Positions 52,395-61,658 of a stretch of DNA of 64,000 nucleotides are shown here, piece after piece. The stretch lies in the NCBI GenBank assembly GCA_965240325.2, contig OZ251233.1, positions 2,232,001 to 2,296,000 of the forward strand, in the 5' to 3' direction. Source of the DNA: Rebecca billardiae RCC1528 (lineage: Eukaryota; Protista; Haptophyta). The notes under the pieces were generated by a model, which had not been told where the DNA came from, did no database searches, and saw only the letters and a program-made list of their open reading frames with translations. The first letter of the stretch is position 1; every line of letters begins with the position of its first letter. The translations under genes and the position numbers were made by a program.

Positions 52395-54112
52395 CTCCTC
52401 GTCCGACAGCAGCTCGTCGTCGTCGACGTCGCTGCCGCGCGCGCGCGCCGCGCTCGCCGCGTTCACGTGCGGCTCGAGCTCGCGCATGTCCTGGCGCAGC
52501 GGCTTGATGGACGGCGGCACCTCGGGCGTGGTGCGCTCCGCCGCGCCGGCCGGCTGCGCGCCCGCCGCCGGCAGCTCTGCGCCCTCCTGCGGCGGCAGCT
52601 CGAAGTAGGGCAGGCGGCCGCGCTGCCAGTCGGTGAGCACCATCTTGGCGGCGGTGTTCAGGTCGGGGTCGCCGCCCTTGAGCAGCTTCCCCGTGCGCGC
52701 CGCCAGCTGCGCGAGGAAGTCCTCGTGGTCCTGCGGCCGCGCGGCCGGCCGCGCGGTCGGGCGGGTCAGGGCGGGTCGGGCGGCGCTGAGCGGCCGGCCA
52801 GCGCGCGCGCGCGGGCCGCGCGCAGGCGCGCGCGCGCGCGCACCGTCCAGCTGGCGATGGAGTAGGTGCGCGTGATGTACTCGGGCTTGACGCGCTCGAG
52901 CACGGCGCCGACGTACTCGGTGCAGTCCTCCACGCGCTCGAAGCGCACCACGCCCTTGAGCACCAGCTCGGTCTCGGAGAAGCCGCCGCTCGGCCGCACC
53001 GTCCCCGGGCAGTCGATCAGGTAGACGCGCCGGAAGAGCGTGATGTACTGCCAGACCTTGGTCTCGCCGGGGACGGGCGCGACGGAGCACACCTTCTTCT
53101 TGCGCAGCGTGTTGATGATGCTCGACTTGCCCACGTTGGGGTAGCCCACGAACCCCACGCTCACCGCCTTCTTGTCCGCGTGCAGCTTGGCGTACTGCCG
53201 CAGCAGCGCGATCAGCGCGCCCTTGCCAAACGGGTTGGTGATCGACGCGTGGAAGGCGATGGTGGGCGCCTCGCGCGAGAGCACCTTGATCCAGCGCGCG
53301 GTCACCTTGGTGGGCAGCAGGTCGCACTTGTTCAGCACGAAGACCAGGTGCTTGTGCCCCGCGTGCTTCTTGAGGAACGCCTCGACGTGGCGCGCGCGCG
53401 TGCCCATCGGGTCTCGCGCGTCCAGCACCTGCACGACCACGTCCGACGAGTCGACGACCTTGAGGACCTCGCCGCGGATGCGGCGGGACATGCCCGCCTC
53501 GAAGACCTTCTCGCGCGCCGGCGCGGTGTACTCCGCCGCGTCGTGCTGCAGGCTCGAGTCCGCCGCCTCCGCGTACCCGCCCTGCGCGTGCTGCGCGGCC
53601 GCGGCCAGCGCCTCGTAGTCGTGCGCGCCCAGCTTGGCGCGCTTGCGCTGCTTGCGCGGGCCGAAGGTGGACTCGAAGGTCTCGGCGCCGAGCAGGTCCA
53701 TGCGCGTGCGCTTGCCCGACTCCTTCAGCAGCCCCATCGGCAGCTTGTGCGCCTTGATCAGCACGCTGTACGGGTCGGCGACGCGCGTGGCGACCTCCTC
53801 TCGGAACGCCTGCATCTCCTGCTGCCCGACCACGCGCGTGTTGCCGAACCAGCGGCGGTCGGGCTGCACGCGCGCGGGGAGCATGTCCTGCACCTGCGCC
53901 CCCACGCCCACGCCGCCCTTCACGATCTTCCCCGCCTTGTCCCGCTTCAGCTTCGTGCGGTACATGTTGAGCCGGTTGATCGTGCCCTTGTCGCGCAGCT
54001 TCGGCCCGCTCGCCTTCGCCTTGGCGCTGGGCGCGCGGCTGGCCGAGGTGGACGCATTGCTGCCCGTGTGCAGCGCGTTCGCCTGCGCGTGCAGCCGCCG
54101 CGCGCGCGGCAT
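52125..54112 (-). CDS. NOG2: Nucleolar GTP-binding protein 2; intron 52731-52843
   Basis: [96 protein letters not shown]. Confidence 0.96.
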
Positions 54113-54565
54113 TGTCGCGCCGCCCTGCGAGCCGCCCGCGGGCGCGGGCCTGGGTGGGACGGCGGGGAACGAGCGGGGCCCTGGGCACACGCGCCGCCCG
54201 CCGCCCTCGTGCCACGACCCGCGGCCACGGACGCACGGTACGATACCTCTCGGAGAATCGCATTCGACGAAACACGGCCGAGGCTGGGCTGCGGCAAGGG
54301 AGGCCCTTGGCTGCGGCATCGTGAACGATGTCGGCAATTTGATGTCGGGCGTTGCACCTTCTGACAGCAGCGTCATACAGGTAACATGATCATGAGGTAC
54401 GAGCGCGCCACGCCGACGCGGGCGTGCCCCCTGCTGTACTATGACGAATACTCGTGTGCCTCGGATGCACACAGCCGTGTGCCCATCCGCTGAGCACTGA
54501 CCTCTGTACAGTCTTAGTAGCACCAGGCCAGTGCTGGTCCTGGTGCTGGCTGCCGCGCTCAGGAC

Positions 54566-55584
54566 TCAGGAGTGCTCAGCCTCATCTCTCACTAACACTC
54601 TGAGCACGCCGAGGGCGAGCGCAGCGGAGCGCTGGCCGCACGCTGATGCGTGCACGCCCCCCTCCGCGGTGCCGAAGAGCGAGTGGCGCGCGCCGAGCAC
54701 GCCGCCGTCCGAGTTTGAGCCGTCAGTAATGGCACGCGCGTCGAGTCGGCACGCCCAGGGCTGGCGGCGAGTGGCGTGTGGGCTGTCCGTGTGGGCTGCC
54801 GGTGCAGCGCGGTGCCGCCAGGAACGGCCGAGCAGAGCAGCGCCGTCGAGCGTCGCCTCGAGCGGCACACGGCAGCATCGCACGGTGCCCCGATTCGTGG
54901 GGCTGTCGGCGTCGGGCCGGACCGCCGGTGCCGCAGTGCACGCCCGCCACGCCCGCGCTCGCGCTATGCGTGCGCGCGCACGCTCGCGCACACGATGGCG
55001 ACCAGCTCCGCAGGCGCGCTCGGCAGCCGGTGCCGCAGCACCCACGCGCACAGGAGCTCGTCGAGCAGCGGGCGGCGCTCTGCTGCGAGGGCGGCGAGCA
55101 CTAACGCGCGCGCCGACCCGTGCGCGCGCGCCTCGTCCACGATCTCCAGCGGCCCGACGCTCGCCGCCCGCTCTCTGGCCAGCGCTGCGCCCAGGAGCTC
55201 GTCCAGCTCGCGCACGCTCGGGGCGCCGCGCCCGGACTGGGCGAGCGTCGCGAGCGCGGAGGCGGTCGTCGCGTGGGCGAGGCGGCGGGTCGCGTCGATG
55301 CCATACCCGCTCGACGTGCTCAGCGCGAGCACGTGCGCGATGGCTGCGCCGAGCGTGCTCGCGAAGCTCGGCAGTGTCGGCACCTCCGCCGCGCGGCTCA
55401 GCGCCGCCACGTCCTGCGGGCGGAGGCGGTGGCGAGGGGGCGGGCTGGAACCGCCGTGAGTGGCAGGGATGGGGGGCCGAGCGCCCAGCGCGATCCATCG
55501 CGCGCGCACCTGCACCGCTTGCAGGAGCAGCGCCTCTCCTCTGTCCTCGTGCAGCGGGCGCGCCTCCGCCATGGTCGCCACCAT
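54566..55584 (-). CDS. Hypothetical protein; predicted introns 55414-55509 and 54903-54991
   Basis: Host-type GTGCGC...CAG introns join three protein-like frames; no recognised domain. Confidence 0.45.
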
Positions 55585-55752
55585 GATTTCTCGAGGGCGC
55601 GCGCTGTTTCAAAATCAAAATTATCGCTTCTGCGCATGGCGGGGGAACACTCTGCGATGATGAAGCCTCCAGATGACACTGTCTTGCTTGAGAGTGAGTG
55701 AGTTGACAGTCGATAGATGGAGGCTGGCGTGGCCCATCCACGTACTCGTCAC

Positions 55753-56949
55753 TCAACAGTCACCGCGCGGCCGACGAGCCATTCGGCGCCTCGGCAGCAG
55801 CAGCAGCGCGATGCGATGGCATCGCGCGCTCCGCAGGCGCTCCGCCTCTGGGCGTGCCACAGCCGGCACGAGCCGCGCCTGCGCGCGCGCGCTCGCGGAG
55901 GCGCGGCTTGTCGTGCACTCGTGCACGCACCGCCCAACCCTGCGCACGGCGTGCGTGTACAGCGCCAGGTCGACACGCAGCAGCTCGTGCAGAGACTCGA
56001 GCTCGGCCGCGGTGGGCGCGTTGCGCGGCGCGCTCCTGCTCGCCGAGTTGTCGTTCGCGTGCGTGCTCGCCAGCGCCGTGCCGCTCTGCTCGCGCATGAA
56101 CGGCCAGTCGAAGCGCTCGCCCAGCACGAGCGGCACGCTCAGGCAGCTGCCGTGCGCCTGCGTCACGTTCTCGAAGACGATCGGGAAGAGATCGTCGCAG
56201 AGCAGCGCCTCCTTGGCGCGCGCGTACGCGCCGGGCTCGAGGCCCGGGTCACCGGGGTGCACGATGCGCTGCGCGCCGGTGCACTGCTTCTTGAAGGGCA
56301 GCGGCACGCCGCGGGGCGAGAAGACGACGGGGGGCGCGCACGCCCTGCACGCGCTCATGCCCGAGAGCTCCTCCGCGTACACGTTGCCCACCAGGGAGGC
56401 GTACTCGAGCAGGGAGAGGTGGGGGCAGCGCCGGCCGTACGGGGTCGTGCGGAAGATCGGGTTGCCGCAGTGACTGCACGCCTCGACACAGCCCGTGCAG
56501 AACCAGCGGTAGTCGCTCACCATCCGCTCGACCGGGTGGCGCAGCAGCATCGCGAGCTTTGCCGCGCTCGCTCGCCCAGAGCACGCGGCAGTGGCCGTAC
56601 GCGCCCTGCACGAGGGTGTGCCGGTGCAGCTCGTCCGCGCCGGCGTCCGCGAAGCGCCCGCAGTACCCGCGCGAGTAGCACCGCAGCCCGGCGTGCAGGC
56701 GGGGAAAGCGCGGCACAAAGTGCTCGCGCGCCTCCCGGCACGTGTACGCGCCGAGGATATCGCGCATCGTCGACCCGGCCGCCATAGGGACGGGCGCGGC
56801 ACGCGGCCGTTTGTGGTCTGCGGCCCGGCGCTCAGCTCACTCACGCACACCTCGCCGTCGGGGAGCTCCCACCGCCGCCGCTTGGACGCCACGGGGGCGG
56901 CGGCCATGCACACCGCGAGCCAAAACACGCCGCGCTTGTCCGCATCCAT
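55753..56949 (-). CDS. Sulfotransferase family protein with apparent compensating frameshifts near 56800 and 56580
   Basis: MLLRHPVERMVSDY (3'-PB motif) and VDLALY in the long frame; the 5'-PSB-like VPMAAGSTMRDIL and LVQG lie in another frame (ORF 56249-56785). Confidence 0.6.
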   Translation of the reverse strand: MDADKRGVFWLAVCMAAAPVASKRRRWELPDGEVCVSELSAGPQTTNGRVPRPSLWRPGRRCAISSARTRAGRRASTLCRAFPACTPGCGATRAGTAGASRTPARTSCTGTPSCRARTATAACSGRASAAKLAMLLRHPVERMVSDYRWFCTGCVEACSHCGNPIFRTTPYGRRCPHLSLLEYASLVGNVYAEELSGMSACRACAPPVVFSPRGVPLPFKKQCTGAQRIVHPGDPGLEPGAYARAKEALLCDDLFPIVFENVTQAHGSCLSVPLVLGERFDWPFMREQSGTALASTHANDNSASRSAPRNAPTAAELESLHELLRVDLALYTHAVRRVGRCVHECTTSRASASARAQARLVPAVARPEAERLRSARCHRIALLLLPRRRMARRPRGDC

Positions 56950-57025
56950 CCCTACCGTACAGGCGCCCTTTCCGCCGTCGTCAGCGGGACGCTTCGGCCG
57001 CGGTGCGGGCGTGGTCGGGCGCGCG

Positions 57026-58162
57026 ATGGCGACGACGCGGCAGCGGATGCGGCTGGCGTGCATCGCGGCGGCCGTGCTCGCGGCGGCAGTGAGATCGAGT
57101 GCGCTCGCGGCGCGCCCCGCGCCGCAGGCGCCCCTCCGCCGCGTGGCCAGTGGCAGGTGCGCGCTCGCGCGCCGCCGCGCCGGCTGCCCCGCGGCGCGCT
57201 GCGTGCCGCCGCCGCTCAGCCTCGGGGCGTGCGCGCGCGCCGATGACGCTCGCGCCGCGCCGCCGCGCTCGCGCAGGCGCGCGCAGCAGCGCATGATGCC
57301 TCGCGGCGGCGTGAAGGTGCCGTACAAGGTGCCCAACTCCGAGTTCTACCAGTGGGTCGGCGTGTACGAGCGCATGGCGCGCGAGCGCATCCTCTTCCTG
57401 CGCTCCGGCCTCGACGACAACGTGGTGAACGGGATGATCGCGACGCTGCTCTACCTGGAGAACGAGGACCGCTCGTCGCCCGTGCAGCTGTACGTCAACG
57501 TGCCCGGCTCGCTCACCAAGGCGGGCCTCGCCCTCTTCGACACGATGCGCTCGATCGCGTTCCCGATCGCGACGCTCAACCTGGGGATGGCTGCCGACAT
57601 GGGCGCGTTCGTCGTCGCGGCGGGGGACAAGGGGAAGCGCTCGTCGCTGCCGAACGCGCGGTTCGTGCTGTGCGCCCCCGCGATCCGCGGCGTGCCCGGC
57701 GAGCAGCCGCCCATCATGCAGGCCGAGGACATCGGCCGCGAGGTCGGCGAGGTGCTGCGCGACCGACGCAGGCTGGCGGGCGCGCTCGCCGAGCTGACGG
57801 GCCAGACGGAGGACGCGGTGCTCAAGGTGCTCAAGCGCGACGCGTACTTCGACGCGAAGGAGGCGAAGGCGTTTGGGCTCATCGACAACATCGTCGCGCC
57901 GAAGACGGGCGCCAAGACGGCGGCCAGCGACGACGACGTGCGCGCGCGCGCGCGCGCCCTCTCGCGCGCGCGGCGGCGCGCGCCCAGCCTGCCCTGCGCA
58001 CACGCCACACGCTCACTCGGGACACGCGCGCCGCGCCCCGCCGCGCAGTTTGGCTTCGGCAACTTCGGCGCGAACCCGCCCGACGCCGCGGCGATGGGCG
58101 CGGGCGGCGCGCGCGCGGGAGACGGCGGCGGCGACTCGGACTACACGCCGCAGCTCGCGTAG
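57026..58162 (+). CDS. clpR: Plastid-targeted non-catalytic Clp protease subunit (ClpR-like); probable introns 57157-57276, 57938-58048
   Basis: RERILFL, LLYLE, LYVN.PG, GKRSSLPNARF, RD.YF.A.EAK.FGLID; the catalytic Ser position reads AADMG and the His position reads VLCAP; signal peptide plus transit-like leader. Confidence 0.85.
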   Translation: MATTRQRMRLACIAAAVLAAAVRSSALAARPAPQAPLRRVASGRCALARRRAGCPAARCVPPPLSLGACARADDARAAPPRSRRRAQQRMMPRGGVKVPYKVPNSEFYQWVGVYERMARERILFLRSGLDDNVVNGMIATLLYLENEDRSSPVQLYVNVPGSLTKAGLALFDTMRSIAFPIATLNLGMAADMGAFVVAAGDKGKRSSLPNARFVLCAPAIRGVPGEQPPIMQAEDIGREVGEVLRDRRRLAGALAELTGQTEDAVLKVLKRDAYFDAKEAKAFGLIDNIVAPKTGAKTAASDDDVRARARALSRARRRAPSLPCAHATRSLGTRAPRPAAQFGFGNFGANPPDAAAMGAGGARAGDGGGDSDYTPQLA

Positions 58163-58617
58163 GCGCGCGCCCTGCGACGTGCTGCGCTGCGCGCGCGGGC
58201 GGGCAACACCGCTCACGCGACGGCGACGGGCACGGGCTCGCGTCGCGCTGCCTGCGGGCTGCTCCGGCGCGGGATCCCCGCCTGCGCGCGCTCTGGCTCC
58301 TGCGGTGCGGCACTCGCCACGTGCGGGATCTTGAGCCCGGCTGCGCCGCTGTGGTTGAGCTGCCGCACTGTCGGCCGCCACAGGTGACCGTGGCATCTGG
58401 CATCGCGGGCCGCCGCCCGCTCGGCTTCGGTTGTCAGTGCTGACGAGTCTGAAGTCGCGCACCTCTCCGTCTCCGTCCGAGGCGCCTCCGAGGTGGTGGC
58501 GGCACCGCTCCGCGGTCTACCAGTACGACTCATGTAATAGTGATGTATGGCGATCGATGATTGTCGGCGCCCGGTCGGCGCCGTTGCGCAAATCGATCGG
58601 CGGTACAACTACAAGTA

Positions 58618-58666
58618 CAGTTTACTACTGTAAGAATAAGAGACGCACACAGCTCAGGCAGGCGAG
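58618..58666 (+). repeat. Solo left TIR of the Tc1-like MITE family containing a 5-bp insertion
   Basis: TA|cagtttacTActgTAagaataagagacgcacacagctcaggcaggcgag versus cagtttacTAagaataag... at 15859. Confidence 0.8.
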
Positions 58667-58679
58667 TACAGTAAGCACG

Positions 58680-60173
58680 ATGGCGGCGTGCGCCCCCGGC
58701 GCGCTCGCGCCGCGGCGCGTCGCGGTACTACTCGTCGCGCTCGCGTGCGTGATGCTGCTGATCGGCTATCCCATGGAGCGCTCGCTGCTCGCACCGCAGC
58801 GGGCGGCCTCCGCGGACAGTGCGCCCAGCACCGACCAGCCCACGCGCGCGGTGGCGCCTGCAGCGCGCGCCTTGCCGCGGCCGGCCTCGGCGCCTGCGGC
58901 CCCGAACCGAACCGCCCCGACGCGCGTCGCGTCGTCGGCTGACGCTCGCCGCGCGCGCGATCTCGAGATCGCGCGCCTCGCGCGGCCGGGCGAGTCGTGC
59001 AGCTGCGGCGCGAGTGTGCGCAACTGGGAGCGGTGCGTGCAGCGGCTCGGGCAGCGGCCGGGGCAGCGGCCGGAGGAGCTGCGCTTCGTGCAGATCGGCG
59101 CGCACACGGGCGCGGGCGACCGCAACGACCCGTCGCGCAGCGTGCGCCTCTCCGAGTGGAGCGGCCTGCTGGTGGAGGCGGACCCAGCCACCTTCCCCGC
59201 GCTCGTGGCCAACATGTGCGCGCCCGGGCAGCGGCACACGTGCGTGAACCGCGCGGTGTGCGCGGCGGACGAGGCGGCGAGGACGCCGACGCTGGACTTC
59301 TACGGGCTCTCGGCCGACATCTCGCGCGAGACGGGCGTGGACGCGCGCACCAACCTCAGCTTCCCGCGCTGGGCGGCGCAGGTCGCCTCGCTCGACCGCG
59401 CGCGCGTGCTCCGGTTCGAGCCGCTGCTGCGCGAGGAGCTCAAGGCGCGCAACGCGGGCGCTGCCGCGGCCAGTGCGCTCGACGCGTTCGAGCTGGAGGC
59501 GTACGTGGTGCGGCACGAGGTGCGGTGCCAGTCGCTCGAGGCGCTGCTCGCCCCGGCCCCCGGCGCCGCCCCCGCCCCGGACGTGCGCGGCGGCGGCGCG
59601 TCCGCCCTCCCGGCCTTCCGCGCCGCGCAGCTGCTGGTGGTGGACACGGAGGGGCACGACGGCCGCATCCTGCGCTCGCTGCCGCTCCGGAGGGGCGGCT
59701 TCCGCCCGCGCTTCATCACGTTCGAGCAGACGCACCTCGACCGCGGCGAGCGCGCGCGCACGGCGGCGCACCTGCGCGACGCCGGCTACGTCTTCCAGCT
59801 GGTGCTGCCCGAGGTGAACGAGCAGCTGCTCGGGCCGGGCACGCCCGCGGCCGTGGTTTCGCGCAGCCGCTTCCACGCGCTGATGGGCCACACCTGGCGC
59901 CGCTTCAGCTGGCTGCAGCGCGAGGGCAGGCCGGAGCTCGAGTGCATCCCGCTGCTCGCCAACGCGGAGAACGTCTTCGCCGCGCGGCCGGCCGAGCCGG
60001 GCGAGCCGCGCGTCGAGGCCGAGGGCAGCGCGTGCGCGACCGAGTGCCCCGACCACACGCTCGACGAGCTGCGCGCGCTCGCGGCCGAGGTGCTGGCGGA
60101 CGCGGCCGCGCGCGCCGCGCACAAGCAGGCGGCAGCGGCTCCGACGCCGCGGCGCGGGCGCCGCCGGCAATAA
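58680..60173 (+). CDS. FkbM-family (Methyltransf_21) SAM-dependent methyltransferase, type II membrane anchor
   Basis: FVQIGAHTG...NDP, WSGLLVEA, VDTEGHD..IL, P.FI.FE. Confidence 0.82.
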   Translation: MAACAPGALAPRRVAVLLVALACVMLLIGYPMERSLLAPQRAASADSAPSTDQPTRAVAPAARALPRPASAPAAPNRTAPTRVASSADARRARDLEIARLARPGESCSCGASVRNWERCVQRLGQRPGQRPEELRFVQIGAHTGAGDRNDPSRSVRLSEWSGLLVEADPATFPALVANMCAPGQRHTCVNRAVCAADEAARTPTLDFYGLSADISRETGVDARTNLSFPRWAAQVASLDRARVLRFEPLLREELKARNAGAAAASALDAFELEAYVVRHEVRCQSLEALLAPAPGAAPAPDVRGGGASALPAFRAAQLLVVDTEGHDGRILRSLPLRRGGFRPRFITFEQTHLDRGERARTAAHLRDAGYVFQLVLPEVNEQLLGPGTPAAVVSRSRFHALMGHTWRRFSWLQREGRPELECIPLLANAENVFAARPAEPGEPRVEAEGSACATECPDHTLDELRALAAEVLADAAARAAHKQAAAAPTPRRGRRRQ

Positions 60174-60505
60174 CTGCTCGCACCGGCGGAACACCTCGTA
60201 GTCCCAATAGATTCTGACTCTACTATTTTTTCGACGATATGTGATTACGTACCCGTCCCGCCCGTGCTAAAACTGCGCTGAGACGTACGACTGACTGACT
60301 GTCAGCACTGTCTCACTCACAGACTGAGTCACAGTCACACTGTCGCGACGCGCTGCCGCGTAGTCGTCGCGACCCGCCCCGACCCGCGACCATGCAGCAG
60401 CGTTCGGCCGGCGGCGGGCATCATCGAGCGCCTCGGCGCGCTGGTCAGCATCAGCCCCCGAGGCGCGCCGGGCTCGCCGGGCGCTCCACGCGCGGCCGCC
60501 CGCGC

Positions 60506-61537
60506 TCAGCCCCGCAGCGGGCGGCCGAGCGGCGCGAGCACGAGCGCGTCGATGGCGGCCGCCCAGCCGTCGGCCGCGTTGGACGGCGCGACCAGCTGCG
60601 CGCTGCGCTTCGCGGCGGCGACGCCGTTGTCCATGGCGACGGAGTGGCCGCAGAGCTGGAGGAGCTGCACGTCGTTCTCGCCGTCGCCGATCGCCAGCGC
60701 CTCCTCGGGCGCCACGCCCCAGCGCTCGAGCAGCTCCCCCGCCGCCCTCCCCTTGTGCACGCCGCGCGGACACACTTCCACGCACCAGCGGAGCGCCTGC
60801 GTCACGTCCGCGCGCGTGCCGACGAGCAGCTCGAGCTCGGCGCGGAGGCTGCCGCCGGCGGCCTCCTCGTCGGAGGTGAGGAAGAGCACCTTGTGCACCG
60901 CCCCCTGCACCGCGCCGCGCGCCGCCAGCCGCGCCACGCCCCGCAGCGGCGAGTCGCCGACCGCGGCCAGCTTGTGCGCGAGCGCGCACTTGGGGCGGTC
61001 CACGAGCGCCTCGTCGCCGACGTACGCCACGGCGGTGGCGCGGGAGCGGCGCGCCTCGGCGAAGTCGAGCACGTCGGCCACCACGTCGGCCGGCACCGTG
61101 CTCGACTGCGGCGCCGCGCCCTCGTCGAACACGGCGCCGCCGTTGAGGTAGATGCCGGGGACGCCGCCGTTCAGCGCGCGCTCGGTGAGCACGTGCTGCG
61201 TCCACGCGCCGGCGCGCGCGCGGCCGGTGGCGGGGACGACGCGCACGCCGAGCTCGGAGAGCCGGCGCAGCGCCTCCGTCGAGCGCGCGGAGAGCCGGTG
61301 GTCCGGGCCGAGCAGCGTGCCGTCGCAGTCGGTGAAGATCACGCGCGGCGGCCCCACCTCCCGCAGCGCGCGCGCCCACGCGGCCGGGTCGGGCAGCGCG
61401 AGCTGCGCGGCCGAGGGCGGCGAGGCGGAGGCGCTGATGCACGCGTGGCGCGGCGCGGCGCGGCTTGCGACGCGCGGGAGGCTCGGCCTGCCGGCGAGTG
61501 CTGACGCCACGGCCACGAGCTGCATCACGCTGCGCAT
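60506..61537 (-). CDS. Cof-type HAD-IIB hydrolase, probably plastid-targeted
   Basis: FTDCDGTLL, PATGR, YLNG, GVHKG, AIGDGENDV.LL...G.SVAM.N. Confidence 0.9.
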   Translation of the reverse strand: MRSVMQLVAVASALAGRPSLPRVASRAAPRHACISASASPPSAAQLALPDPAAWARALREVGPPRVIFTDCDGTLLGPDHRLSARSTEALRRLSELGVRVVPATGRARAGAWTQHVLTERALNGGVPGIYLNGGAVFDEGAAPQSSTVPADVVADVLDFAEARRSRATAVAYVGDEALVDRPKCALAHKLAAVGDSPLRGVARLAARGAVQGAVHKVLFLTSDEEAAGGSLRAELELLVGTRADVTQALRWCVEVCPRGVHKGRAAGELLERWGVAPEEALAIGDGENDVQLLQLCGHSVAMDNGVAAAKRSAQLVAPSNAADGWAAAIDALVLAPLGRPLRG

Positions 61538-61658
61538 CTCGAGGCCCGCCGTGCGGCCGGTGGGAGTCGCGTCCGGCCGCGGAATCTTTCTCTCCGTGCG
61601 GGTGCGGCCGGACCGCCTTCGCGTGCTCTTGTCGATTTTGATGGGCGGGGCGCCAAGC

